DNA from: a virus
Taxonomy: Duplodnaviria; Caudoviricetes
Strand: one strand, 5' to 3'
IMG/VR virus record: IMGVR_UViG_3300008262_000065
Span: 1 to 60,108 of that record
Length of the DNA: 60,108 nt
A program made the position numbers and the translations under genes. Below the pieces are notes generated by a model. That model saw only the letters and a program-made list of their open reading frames with translations, did no database searches and was not told the origin of the DNA. Below are positions 19,706 through 30,307 of this stretch, one piece after another (position 1 is the stretch's first letter; every line of letters begins with the position of its first letter).

Positions 19706-21388
19706 TTAGCAAGTGCAACTTTGGAATGTAACTGTCAATACTGATGGTCCAAAACTACCTGCTCTTGCGCATACTATAGAACAAGTTAATGGTGGTATAG
19801 TTATAATTGTTGGAACACCATCACATCCTGTGTAGTCTATAGAGTGAGAGTTAGATGGGTCAGTATTACATACTTCATACTGACAACAAACCGCAGAACA
19901 ATTGAATGCTCCATTATTATTCAAAACTACTGTAGTAGTTGGAGATGATATAGTGGTACCAATAACCTCATACCAACAATTAGATATGCTTGTATCAGAT
20001 ACCTTAACCAAATCCCCTATTGTTACAGGAACATTTGCTATTGCATAAACAGTATCATTGTCGCAACATCCGTTCAATTCCCAAACATCAGGAACAGAAC
20101 TGCAGTCACAATCATCAAGTGTAACTGTAAGCCCTACAGGAGTAGTAAGTATTTGACGAGCACAAAGAGTAATTGTCTGAGTACCATTCAGGCTGAATGT
20201 AATAGTGTTACCATCACAGTCTTCATAATTGAAAGATAATGGCGTACCAATAGTATTCTCAATTACCCAAGATGCACATTGTGAAGTGCATGGGTCCGTA
20301 GTAGAACTAATGAATGTAGCCGTAGATGGTGAAACAGTAGTGCTTATAACTTCCCAAATACAACCGGGGTGTCCATCAACCAATACACGGTCACCGGGAT
20401 TCAAAGTTCCGGGAGCAGTAATAATAACTTGCTCATTGGTATAGCACTTCTCAACTATAAAATTCAAGTCGTCTACGCATATACCAAAGCTTATAATAAC
20501 ACCATTAGCATCTACCTGAATCCATCTGTATGATGGACTCATAGCGCCTGTGTTATAGAATCCCGCAGACAGAGGGAACTCGCCATTGGGGTCAGAGAAC
20601 ACCATGTCATATAATCCGAAAACTCCACCGCTTCCATTTACGTGTACATAGTAATACTGTACTGATGTATTTAGAAGACAAGCACCATCACCTGTAGCCC
20701 AACCGATACTACCTTGCCATGTTGGCAGTACTTGTGGACACTCAATCTCAATACTAAAACTTGTTCCAACACAAAGACCATATATGTATGTGTTCAATAC
20801 GGTATATGCATTAGAAGTTTTAGGGATTACCATAGTGCACATTCCGGGAGCAGATGTAGTTAAATCTAATTGACCCGAAACAACTGTTACAGTTTGAAAG
20901 CTTGTCTCTACAAATCCTGATTGCTTGTATTCAAATATTGGAAGGTCCACGTGTGGTGAACCTGCAACTATACCACAATCCGCAGATGTTTGACCGACAT
21001 ACGTAGGAAATCCTACTGTACCTTGCAACCAACCGTAATTCTGAGAAGACATACCATTGTATGAATTGGCACCAAGTTCTGCAATGATGCCATCAGGAAC
21101 ACTCAATGGTTGAAATCTAACAACAATAGCGCCTAAGTTAGACCCTGTATTCGTATCTATATAATATGTTCCTTCTGCCCCTTCTCCAACTATATTTGTG
21201 TTACACGGAGTAGTACATGATGGACATATAACAGGTGGCAATAGCACACAATCAACCTGCTCTCTAACGACAGAGCCATCAGAATAGAATCCATCAGGCG
21301 CACAGGTAGTCAATGCATCGTCTATAAACACTGCAGTTGCACTTGATAGAGTAGGACCGTTTAAAAAAACTATTTCGTTTGAAGCCAT
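19706..21388 (-). CDS. Cys-rich putative tail/receptor-binding protein
   Basis: 560 aa, many Cys, repeated C..Y..N..Y..CDG..CAR modules, APDGFYSDG motif. Confidence 0.55.
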   Translation of the reverse strand: MASNEIVFLNGPTLSSATAVFIDDALTTCAPDGFYSDGSVVREQVDCVLLPPVICPSCTTPCNTNIVGEGAEGTYYIDTNTGSNLGAIVVRFQPLSVPDGIIAELGANSYNGMSSQNYGWLQGTVGFPTYVGQTSADCGIVAGSPHVDLPIFEYKQSGFVETSFQTVTVVSGQLDLTTSAPGMCTMVIPKTSNAYTVLNTYIYGLCVGTSFSIEIECPQVLPTWQGSIGWATGDGACLLNTSVQYYYVHVNGSGGVFGLYDMVFSDPNGEFPLSAGFYNTGAMSPSYRWIQVDANGVIISFGICVDDLNFIVEKCYTNEQVIITAPGTLNPGDRVLVDGHPGCIWEVISTTVSPSTATFISSTTDPCTSQCASWVIENTIGTPLSFNYEDCDGNTITFSLNGTQTITLCARQILTTPVGLTVTLDDCDCSSVPDVWELNGCCDNDTVYAIANVPVTIGDLVKVSDTSISNCWYEVIGTTISSPTTTVVLNNNGAFNCSAVCCQYEVCNTDPSNSHSIDYTGCDGVPTIITIPPLTCSIVCARAGSFGPSVLTVTFQSCTC

Positions 21389-21397
21389 GATTTTATT

Positions 21398-24300
21398 TTA
21401 TGAAGGACATCCGCAATCCAAAAATGAAACATTTACATCTCCTGTCAACACAATCGGTATAATTGATGAACATAGGTTTACAGGTGTACCAATAGGTATA
21501 TCCATGTCTATGCTTTCTGATGTAAAGCAATCAGTATATCGAATAGAACCACCAAACTCTGCATATATGCTATAGTATGAGCATAACTCAGCACACTCTA
21601 CACATCCGCAACACGCATCATATACATCTACATCAGAGTAACAAAGCTGAGTCTCAACGGGAGTTCTTAAATCCCATATCAAATACAATATGGTATCAGT
21701 AGATGTTGGCATTGTAAAGTCAGCATAGTATGTTGGTGATGCACCAAGCAATGGAGTAGCAGTATTTGCTGCTGCCAATAAATTAGCTATTTCGATAGGG
21801 TCTCCACATTCATAATCAGTATTTGTTCTCAACCACATGAACTTATTGAAAGCCGGGTCAAAATCAAAATTATCAAAATTGATTTTATTAGAGAACATCC
21901 TAACTGTAGTGCCATCAAGAGGAATACTACCTACACCTTGGAAACCTGTATAGCTATTACACCATGAGACAAGTGGGTTAGCAGTACCTGATGACAATGT
22001 AACTAATCTTGATGTTAGTGGGCTAATGAATGTGCCATTAATATATTCATATTCAGAATGAATAAACTTACCACCATCAGCATCATTACTTATAACAATT
22101 TCTCTTATCTCAATCTCAGTTGGCAATGGACAACCTACATTTACTGCAATAGACATATCTCCACTGATAGGTATTATCTCAATATCCACAATTGTAGGAG
22201 TTATATTATTCTTTTGTATCGTAAAGCTACCTGAATTTGTAACTATACCTGAAGAAGTAGTTGAGCCATTGTATGTAGCTTGAACCATGAATGAATCACC
22301 CGGAGCAACATCGACTGCAGTCCATGTAACATCAAATGGTCCAACCAATGTACCTAAGTCAATACAATATTGCACAACTGTAGGAGTTGTAATCACAAAT
22401 GCCTGTGGCGTATTACACCCTATGCAATTGTCAACAGTAGGAATTGGTATATCATTATTGGTTAAGACATACTCAGTCATGTATGGGTCGTACCCACCAA
22501 GCTTTTGAGTTCCTAAAGACTCAATGAATAGGTCCCTGAACCAAGGACGCATCCCTGCTTCTGAAACAACTTGAAGTCTTTCGTTATTGTATGAATCCCC
22601 TTTTAATTGGATAACTGCACCACGTTTAGCGTCAGTAAAGAATTTGTCTTCTCCCCATTTCGCATAACTCTCAGGATTAAAGCTATTACCAAAATTCTCA
22701 ATACGAGCAATCTGAGTACCCAATACTTCAGGTACAGAAGTAATGGCACCACCTGCAGCAGCATCTGACAACAAGTTCTTACCTGCTAATACATAAGATA
22801 TTTTATCTTCCTGAAGAACAAGGATGTCTGTCTCACGACCATCAATCAATGTGATTGGTCCGAATGAATCTTCAAGTGGTTTAAAGTTTAGCAATCCAAG
22901 GTTGAATTCATTAAGCCTATTTACATTGCTCTCGTCATTATAGATTCCACTATATGTCAAGTCAGCAAACCTATCTGCTCTTATATAATCTTGGGCAGAT
23001 ACTGATACAACACGGTTACCTAAATTAAATGTCTTACCTACAATAGAGTCACGAATCTTATACGACTCAGCGCCATTACCAAAAGCAAAACAGTTAAAGA
23101 ACTCTGTATCTACTATCGCAGGTAGGTTTAATCCGAAGTCTTGATTCTGAACATTACCAAAATGCTCGCCATTAGAACCGATTGGCAATGAAAGATTGTT
23201 TTCATAAAACACATCGGGCAAAGTATCAGAAGGTTCTGTTTCAAATATCAATGTGTTCTCAGCACGGAATACCTCTATGTTCAAAGTAACTTTAGACCTT
23301 CTATTTTGAGAATTCCCACAAGCCCTTGTACCTGTAACTACAAGCAACAATGCATTGGTAAATGGACCACTCGCATATCTTAAAAATCTATAGTTGTTAT
23401 TACAATAATCTCCTGATATAGCAGGCAAGTTGGTAGCTAAACTTGGATAGTATACGTTTCCAATATCACATCCACCTGCTCCTACATCTTGGATACCCTG
23501 ATTCAAAACAACTTCTACATTATCTCCATCCCACCAATCTTTAAAGTTATCATAGTTAGCTGATGATACAAGAGTTTTATCCAATGTATAAATGCGTCTC
23601 TCACAAGCGTTATTACCATCTCCACTTCCTCTTCTCTCAAACTTAAAGTTTAATTTAATCCTACTGCCTGCAGGTATGTCATAATCAACATATGTATTTG
23701 TAGCAGTATCAAGTCTATTTACCAATATGGTAGCTTTAGGATAAGTACCTGCATCGTTTGCAGTTGCTTCATCTGTTGCAGCTATGTATGATAATTCATC
23801 CTGAACTAATGTTAAGTTATTAGGATTGATTTTCATATACACACCTGCAGGAACCTCTAAATTCACATTAGGGTCCAATGCACTTGGTATCTCTAAAAAT
23901 CCACGAGCCTTAGATTCCTTCTCAAGAACTGTAATATATTGGCAATCTTGAGCAGGACCTGCAGTATCTGCTTTTACAATCAATCTATCCCCGGTCTCAA
24001 CCTTGCGTATATTCTCTCCTTCTAATAGAATATATGCATTGTTTGTATTTGGGTCCCTAAAGAAAAGATTAGCATATATTGTCTCGTAGTTTTCTTTATC
24101 CGCTTTTATAACAAACTTATAACTCTTAGCCCAATAAGGTGCACGTTGAGTAATTGGTATCGTTACAGTGATTTTGTTTTGTCTATCACAATATCCACAA
24201 GGAACATAAACATTATTGCTACCACTAACTAAAGCAGTTGATGCACGTAGGTATTCATCCATGTAAACAATACCTACTTCATATCCTCTATGACTATGAA

Positions 24301-26071
24301 GACTTTTAGGTGTTGTTATATCTGACCAAAAGGCTTCACCATATGATACGTTATAATATTCATATACACTGAATGCAGTTGGGTTATTTACATCACCAAC
24401 ATAATTCATTGCAAGAACTTGGAATCCAATCACATCACTTGATGGGCTTGTTACTATTGTGAATCCTTGTCCACCTGCACTTACACCACTTGCATATTTT
24501 GTTACAGGCGTTAATCCATTTAAAGTATTTGGAAGCGCACAGTTAAATATATCTGTAAGAGTAGCACCATCACAAGATGTAGGAGTTAATGGATTAGAGT
24601 CATATACAGGTTTTATGTTGCTTGCAATACCAACTGCCTCAATAAACTCATTGCTTGTAGCCATCTCATACACAGATGCATAACTATTTGGCAATGTAAA
24701 TGCCCAATCAATCTGTATACTCTGTGTCTGTTCAGTTGGAACAGGAGTGCTTCCGGTAAATAATGCATGGGTTACACGTATAGCTATATTCAATTGTGAA
24801 CCTGCATTCAACTTGTCCTTTACATCCTCAAGGTCAACTGTAAATGTAGCTTGTGGTATTGACTGAGTTCCGTTAATAGTATAGGTACCACTTGTAGTAT
24901 CGTCAGGTAATGCATCATTGTTTATCTCTACAGAATTTAATGACGCTACATATGTAAGTCTTAATGGATTATCAAACTTATCAATAAGGTCATATCCCTC
25001 TATATAGTTACCATACACAAGACGATTTCCCATGATAGTTTGAGCCTTAGCAAGCAATGGTACATTATCATACAAACGAAGCAATTCTGCTTCAGGCAGA
25101 ACTGTATATATCTTGCTATTTGTAAACGTATATTGTTGTAGTGTATTATCAGGTATAGGGATTGTTGAACTATCTTTATCTAATTTCTCAATTACTCTTA
25201 TGATATTGCTACCTGCTTCTTTGAATAGCAAATCAATACCTCTAACAAGTGGACCACCCGTGAAGAAAGTGATTATGCTGCTATTTGCTAAGTTAACCAT
25301 GCCTTCATTTAGAAAGCTGCTAACACTAAACTGAAATGGATTTGGTAAAAATGCAGGAGCCGTGAATTGAGAAGTAGCTGAGTACTCACCATCAGCATAT
25401 CTATATCTATATGCAAAGCAAATAAATCTTTCTTCTAAAAAGTTTTGCTGATTCCCTGTTGTTAATGGCTGAATAGAAAGAGCCTCAGTAGGTGGAGACT
25501 TAATAACTAATATTGAATCAGGAGTAAATTGGTCTATAAATCCTATTGGAGCATTATATGTACGCCTTACATTTATAAATCTTGGTGGATTATAGTCATC
25601 AGTCCAAAACAAAAGACCCTCTTCATTTGAGTCTACAAGATTTACACCTGTTATTAGATACTGAGGATTGAAATTTAATGTTGTATCAACTCCGTTTCCA
25701 TCATCTATACTGACAACATGATAGGTCAATACATTGGTCTCTGTATTGAAAGAAACAATCAAGTCAAGCTTACCGGTAGCACCCTGAGTAAATGCAGGGT
25801 CATGTACAAACCAATACAAAGTCTCATTGGCACCATCTTGATAAGCACCAATGCATTTAGCATTGCTACTTAATGGCTCTCCTGTTGGTGGATATACGAG
25901 AGCAGTTAATGGAAGATTACCTTTTGCATTCTCTATTGCACCGATTTCAGATTCTTCACTTGAACCCAATCTGCAGTTAAGAGCATCAATGTATTCACCA
26001 TTAGGTATAAGGCGTTCATCAACCGCCTTATTCATTTTACCCGCTATAAAATTTCTTGAGATATTTGCCAT
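21398..26071 (-). CDS. Tail stabilisation/nozzle-like protein (1557 aa)
   Basis: N-terminal NFIAGKMNK..DERL..GEYIDALN; LFWTDDYNPPR; position after ring-protein genes. Confidence 0.7.
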   Translation of the reverse strand: MANISRNFIAGKMNKAVDERLIPNGEYIDALNCRLGSSEESEIGAIENAKGNLPLTALVYPPTGEPLSSNAKCIGAYQDGANETLYWFVHDPAFTQGATGKLDLIVSFNTETNVLTYHVVSIDDGNGVDTTLNFNPQYLITGVNLVDSNEEGLLFWTDDYNPPRFINVRRTYNAPIGFIDQFTPDSILVIKSPPTEALSIQPLTTGNQQNFLEERFICFAYRYRYADGEYSATSQFTAPAFLPNPFQFSVSSFLNEGMVNLANSSIITFFTGGPLVRGIDLLFKEAGSNIIRVIEKLDKDSSTIPIPDNTLQQYTFTNSKIYTVLPEAELLRLYDNVPLLAKAQTIMGNRLVYGNYIEGYDLIDKFDNPLRLTYVASLNSVEINNDALPDDTTSGTYTINGTQSIPQATFTVDLEDVKDKLNAGSQLNIAIRVTHALFTGSTPVPTEQTQSIQIDWAFTLPNSYASVYEMATSNEFIEAVGIASNIKPVYDSNPLTPTSCDGATLTDIFNCALPNTLNGLTPVTKYASGVSAGGQGFTIVTSPSSDVIGFQVLAMNYVGDVNNPTAFSVYEYYNVSYGEAFWSDITTPKSLHSHRGYEVGIVYMDEYLRASTALVSGSNNVYVPCGYCDRQNKITVTIPITQRAPYWAKSYKFVIKADKENYETIYANLFFRDPNTNNAYILLEGENIRKVETGDRLIVKADTAGPAQDCQYITVLEKESKARGFLEIPSALDPNVNLEVPAGVYMKINPNNLTLVQDELSYIAATDEATANDAGTYPKATILVNRLDTATNTYVDYDIPAGSRIKLNFKFERRGSGDGNNACERRIYTLDKTLVSSANYDNFKDWWDGDNVEVVLNQGIQDVGAGGCDIGNVYYPSLATNLPAISGDYCNNNYRFLRYASGPFTNALLLVVTGTRACGNSQNRRSKVTLNIEVFRAENTLIFETEPSDTLPDVFYENNLSLPIGSNGEHFGNVQNQDFGLNLPAIVDTEFFNCFAFGNGAESYKIRDSIVGKTFNLGNRVVSVSAQDYIRADRFADLTYSGIYNDESNVNRLNEFNLGLLNFKPLEDSFGPITLIDGRETDILVLQEDKISYVLAGKNLLSDAAAGGAITSVPEVLGTQIARIENFGNSFNPESYAKWGEDKFFTDAKRGAVIQLKGDSYNNERLQVVSEAGMRPWFRDLFIESLGTQKLGGYDPYMTEYVLTNNDIPIPTVDNCIGCNTPQAFVITTPTVVQYCIDLGTLVGPFDVTWTAVDVAPGDSFMVQATYNGSTTSSGIVTNSGSFTIQKNNITPTIVDIEIIPISGDMSIAVNVGCPLPTEIEIREIVISNDADGGKFIHSEYEYINGTFISPLTSRLVTLSSGTANPLVSWCNSYTGFQGVGSIPLDGTTVRMFSNKINFDNFDFDPAFNKFMWLRTNTDYECGDPIEIANLLAAANTATPLLGASPTYYADFTMPTSTDTILYLIWDLRTPVETQLCYSDVDVYDACCGCVECAELCSYYSIYAEFGGSIRYTDCFTSESIDMDIPIGTPVNLCSSIIPIVLTGDVNVSFLDCGCPS

Positions 26072-26072
26072 A

Positions 26073-26978
26073 TTACTTTATCCATTTATCTCTGCCACGT
26101 AGATTCATAAGCAATCGTCCGGGATGGATGTTGCTCAAACGAATCTTCGCATTACGAAGAAGTGCTGACTTTTCTTTTCTTGCACGAGCCACAATGTATT
26201 CTTGAACTCCTATCTTATGGTTTATGATTTCATACTCAATGTATGCATACACATATTTCTCAAACAACTTGTTTACAGAAATACGTGAGTCATCACCATT
26301 CTCCATACCATCAGAGATGTATTCAAGTATGCATAATTCTCCTGACATAGATGAGTCGAAGTTTATAACACCTGACTTCTTGTCTATGTTGAACGTAGGG
26401 TTGAAGTTCGCAGTCTCAGTATTCAATCCAAAACGGGCACCAATGCCATAATCAAAATACCATATGCCTTCAACTTCCCAACCTGCTTGCCCATGGTATG
26501 GGTTACCCGGATTAAGATAGATGCTTTTCTTAGTACCCTTTATGCGGTCAAAGTCAATCTCAGAGTATTGTGGCTTCAGGACATTACCATTCATATCGAA
26601 CAATATGTTTGCGTTGTTATCCTGAAGGTATGCATCTGATGAAAGAGTTTGAATGTTCTCACTCATAGGACGCAACCATCCATCTTTATACAAAGAGATG
26701 CGCACCCAATTGACATAATCAGATGGCAGTATGAATTTGAGATTGTCTCCTACTGTTAACTCTAAAATCTTTACTTCTTTGAATGCATCGTAATTCAATT
26801 CTTGTATTGCTCTCTTAGCATGGAACAATACTTTATATCGTTCTTCATTGTTAATCAGGGAATGGTTACCTGAATACATCAACATGAAGTTATTTACAAT
26901 ATCATACAGACTAACGTATTGATACGAACCCCAATTGTCATCATTATTATAGTACTCGAACTGTGATATATAAGACAT
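26073..26978 (-). CDS. Putative tail ring/adaptor protein
   Basis: LPSDYVNWVRIS and LEYISDG motifs; position. Confidence 0.55.
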   Translation of the reverse strand: MSYISQFEYYNNDDNWGSYQYVSLYDIVNNFMLMYSGNHSLINNEERYKVLFHAKRAIQELNYDAFKEVKILELTVGDNLKFILPSDYVNWVRISLYKDGWLRPMSENIQTLSSDAYLQDNNANILFDMNGNVLKPQYSEIDFDRIKGTKKSIYLNPGNPYHGQAGWEVEGIWYFDYGIGARFGLNTETANFNPTFNIDKKSGVINFDSSMSGELCILEYISDGMENGDDSRISVNKLFEKYVYAYIEYEIINHKIGVQEYIVARARKEKSALLRNAKIRLSNIHPGRLLMNLRGRDKWIK

Positions 26979-26987
26979 GGTTATCTA

Positions 26988-27926
26988 TTATTGTTGTTGT
27001 TGTTCTCTTTCCTCAACCTTAGCAAATTGATAAACCTCTGCTTCTCTGATAGAGATACCAACGTACTGTAATATTTTCTGAACCAATTTGTACTCGTCCT
27101 CAATTGGCAATTCAAAATCCTGATAGTCAGGTTGTGATTGGTCAAACGATGGCTCACCATTGGTAAGAGTTACATATGTCCACTTTGGAGTTTTAGGATA
27201 ACGGATATACTGACCCACTATCTGTCCCTGCTTTGAAATAGTTTCAGGGTATATTGTAGCCAATAGATTCTCCATAGTATATGCAGGATATGTATTGGAT
27301 GGTGCAGTAAGCAAAGAGTTGTTAAGAAGAGTTATCTTATTATGGCTCACTCTCTCAACCTCATTTACAACACTCTTATCATATACCGCATAGTTGCGTG
27401 GGAACACAGGGAATATGTTTGCAGACAATAGAAGTACGGTTTCAGATACAACCGTAACAACAGTTGCTTGTGTACCTGTAGATAGATTTGCAACAATGTC
27501 TCCAACGGCAACACCATCAGTAACAAATGTAGCAGTAGCGTCTTCTAATGAATTTAATATAAAACTTGTATTCTGACCTTCAGCAAGAATAACAGGATAA
27601 CACAACAACTTATTGATAGTGAAATAGTCATCACCTGTAGTTATCAATGATGGTAGAGAATAAGTATTAGCTGCGCTATGAGAGAAGTACTTTGTTACAG
27701 AGAAAATATCAATCATCTCCTCAACACTTTTCTTTAAATCAGCATAGCCGGTACCCGATACTCTTGCGTTCTCTTTATTTACGAGAGTATTGTACTCGTC
27801 AAAGTATTCTTCAAATATTTCCAACTGCGCTTGTAGTGCATATAGGTTGAAATCTGAAGGAGATATGTATCCATAGTTATTCTTATTAACTACCGAAAGT
27901 ACAGTATTTCTAACGGAATTAATCAT
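26988..27926 (-). CDS. Putative tail tubular/gatekeeper ring protein
   Basis: NKNNYGYISPSDFN..QYIRYPKTPKW..DFEL; position. Confidence 0.6.
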   Translation of the reverse strand: MINSVRNTVLSVVNKNNYGYISPSDFNLYALQAQLEIFEEYFDEYNTLVNKENARVSGTGYADLKKSVEEMIDIFSVTKYFSHSAANTYSLPSLITTGDDYFTINKLLCYPVILAEGQNTSFILNSLEDATATFVTDGVAVGDIVANLSTGTQATVVTVVSETVLLLSANIFPVFPRNYAVYDKSVVNEVERVSHNKITLLNNSLLTAPSNTYPAYTMENLLATIYPETISKQGQIVGQYIRYPKTPKWTYVTLTNGEPSFDQSQPDYQDFELPIEDEYKLVQKILQYVGISIREAEVYQFAKVEEREQQQQ

Positions 27927-27941
27927 ACTTCTCTGTTTCTA

Positions 27942-27949
27942 CAAAGATA
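27942..27949 (-). promoter_or_regulatory. -7 promoter box
   Basis: TATCTTTG upstream of the ATG at 27926. Confidence 0.65.
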
Positions 27950-27952
27950 CGT

Positions 27953-27980
27953 AAAAAAAAAGAGGGGTCGCCCCCTCTCC
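27953..27980 (-). terminator. Rho-independent terminator
   Basis: AGAGGGG-GCGA-CCCCTCT followed by a T-run on the - strand. Confidence 0.75.
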
Positions 27981-28003
27981 TATTAAAACACTACGAGTGA
28001 TAG

Positions 28004-28759
28004 TTATTGGTTTTCTAAATGGAAATCCAACATCTTTAAGGCTTCAATACCTTCATCGGATTTCAAGAACAATGATACCAATACATATGGGTCTTCACCA
28101 TACGGTACTGTAAGCATCTTCTTCTTGTTCGTTGCGGTATTGTACCATACTTCCTTGTTGCCATTCCTGAATCCCAACAAGCCCTTATCAAAGAAGATAT
28201 GGACATTAGACTGAAGCTTCAGCATTGGGTCCTCAAGAGCATCAAGGAATTGCTTTGGATAGTTACGAGCATAAATCAAAACATCACGTTTCAATTCAGC
28301 AGATGTTACCTTGGTAGTATCACGTTGGAATAGAACACGACCAACTACTTCAAGTTGCTCAATGGTCATTTCACGAGCACGTACAAGTGCTTCTACTTCT
28401 GCATTGAGTTCATCAACAACCTTCTGAGCATCGAGTTCATTATCAACCTCTTCAAACAATCCATTGTTCTGAGGATGGTAATAAAGGAACTCCTGAAGTA
28501 CAGGGTTGTTCTTAGGTACAAACAAGAAACCATTATCAAATGTGATTGGTTCAATGATTGCATTCCCGTCTTGTTCGTCTTCAAATGGAGACTTCTGATT
28601 TACCGCATAGCGCAGTGGACGGTTTATGTTTTTTTCTTCATCATACCACAGAAGAGGGTATCTGCGTGTATTGCGTGTAGCAATAGTGTATGACAATGGT
28701 GCAAGTTCGTTGCGAAGACGGTAGTACCTGTCTTTCGGGGCTTGTTTTACTTTATTCAT
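28004..28759 (-). CDS. Hypothetical protein downstream of capsid gene
   Basis: 251-aa ORF in the structural module. Confidence 0.6.
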   Translation of the reverse strand: MNKVKQAPKDRYYRLRNELAPLSYTIATRNTRRYPLLWYDEEKNINRPLRYAVNQKSPFEDEQDGNAIIEPITFDNGFLFVPKNNPVLQEFLYYHPQNNGLFEEVDNELDAQKVVDELNAEVEALVRAREMTIEQLEVVGRVLFQRDTTKVTSAELKRDVLIYARNYPKQFLDALEDPMLKLQSNVHIFFDKGLLGFRNGNKEVWYNTATNKKKMLTVPYGEDPYVLVSLFLKSDEGIEALKMLDFHLENQ

Positions 28760-28784
28760 TTTAGATATGATATGATTTGAATTA

Positions 28785-28816
28785 AAAATAGGGGAGTGTC
28801 TTTGAAGACACCCCCC
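28785..28816 (-). terminator. Terminator after major capsid gene, built on palindrome copy 5 (28796-28811)
   Basis: GGGG-A-GTGTCTTTGAAGACAC-C-CCCC with TATTTTT downstream on the - strand. Confidence 0.7.
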
Positions 28817-28833
28817 ATTTTAGTTTGCTTCTA

Positions 28834-30282
28834 TTATGCTCCGTAACGGAATAGGAAGAAGTTGTTTGCTCCCAAAGTGCACACGGCACGTTCAGAGAGG
28901 AAGTTTACTTCCATTGCGTCAAGGTCACTTGTTGCAGCGCCACCGGCAGAACCTGTAATCCAAGTTTTGTACCTGCGGTCCTCAGCTTCAGACGCACGGT
29001 AACGCACGTGAAGGAATGGACGCTTGGCATTTTTACCAAGGATTTGGTCATACACAGTGGTAGAACCTGCAGGAACAAGCATACCTGTGATTACGTTAGC
29101 GGTAGTAGTACCTGTGGTAGACAAAGTCAAACCACCCCGCATGGTTGGGTCGTTCAGATACTTCCAATCAGACTTGTAGAAGTCATAACCTCTACGGAAT
29201 CCGCTGAAGCCAAGGTTCAACGCCATGTCGGTATCGTTGTCGAACAAACCGAATGAAGCTGAGTTAGCAACACCTGTTCCGTTGAAACCGTTAAGGGTAG
29301 CCAACATATCGTCAATGTCGAAAGAGAACTCACGGTTAACGAAAAGAACATTCTCTTCGATAGAACCTTGCTTGTCAAGACGAGTAACGATAGTATCAAA
29401 GTCAGCCAAGGTAGTTGGGTTACCTGCACCCCACACGTTACCACGAGAGTTAACTACGTAGAACACACCTTCAGAACCTTTGTTACCATAGGTTGGGTTA
29501 AGACCTGAGTTAGCAACACCTGAACCTGTTTCTGCAGGAACTGCTTCCAACATAGCGGTTTCAAGATAGTCTTCAAAACGAAGACGAGTCTCGTGCTCTG
29601 ACTTCAAGTACCACAAGTAACCTGTAGCACCATTCTCGGTAGTTACTTCAACCCAACCAATCTGAGCCATATCAGAACCTGAAACGGCATACTTATCTTT
29701 GATAATGATAGGAGAGTTGCTGAAGATTTCATCTTCTGCTTCCAAAGAACCAACCATACCTACAGTTCCTTTTTTGAATTCAGAACCATAAACGAATACG
29801 GTGAATTTGTTTGCAGCAGAAGCGTTGGTGATACCCGCTGCTTCGTAGAAGGCTACAGTGAAGGTAGCTGCTGAAGTGCTAACTGCAGTAACGATACCTT
29901 TGTTTTGGGTAGGACCTGCTACGTTAGGAGTAATCATAACGGTTTGACCCGGACGGATTGCAATACCTGATACGTTAAGGTCGTTAACGGTAAAGGTCGC
30001 ACTGTCAGCGGTGGTCAATACAGTAGTAGTTACATCTACGTACTTGGTGTGAAGACGACCTTGTTCTGCCCATTTGATTTGGTCAGAGTTAGAAGGCATC
30101 TCAGCACCTACCATACGAAGGAAGGAAGCTACTGTGCGGTTTCCATAGCGTTCAAATTCTTTCTCATAAGTATCAGGAAGATACTGATTCAAGAAGTTGA
30201 AGTTAGTAATGTAATTGGTGGATAGGGCAACCTGCTCTGCTGAGGGCTGCAACTGAAATCCGGGAGTTGAATTAACTGCCAT
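28834..30282 (-). CDS. Major capsid protein
   Basis: 482 aa after scaffold and portal; strongly biased codons; downstream terminator. Confidence 0.8.
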   Translation of the reverse strand: MAVNSTPGFQLQPSAEQVALSTNYITNFNFLNQYLPDTYEKEFERYGNRTVASFLRMVGAEMPSNSDQIKWAEQGRLHTKYVDVTTTVLTTADSATFTVNDLNVSGIAIRPGQTVMITPNVAGPTQNKGIVTAVSTSAATFTVAFYEAAGITNASAANKFTVFVYGSEFKKGTVGMVGSLEAEDEIFSNSPIIIKDKYAVSGSDMAQIGWVEVTTENGATGYLWYLKSEHETRLRFEDYLETAMLEAVPAETGSGVANSGLNPTYGNKGSEGVFYVVNSRGNVWGAGNPTTLADFDTIVTRLDKQGSIEENVLFVNREFSFDIDDMLATLNGFNGTGVANSASFGLFDNDTDMALNLGFSGFRRGYDFYKSDWKYLNDPTMRGGLTLSTTGTTTANVITGMLVPAGSTTVYDQILGKNAKRPFLHVRYRASEAEDRRYKTWITGSAGGAATSDLDAMEVNFLSERAVCTLGANNFFLFRYGA

Positions 30283-30307
30283 TGTTTTTGTTTAGTTTAA
30301 GGGTTTT

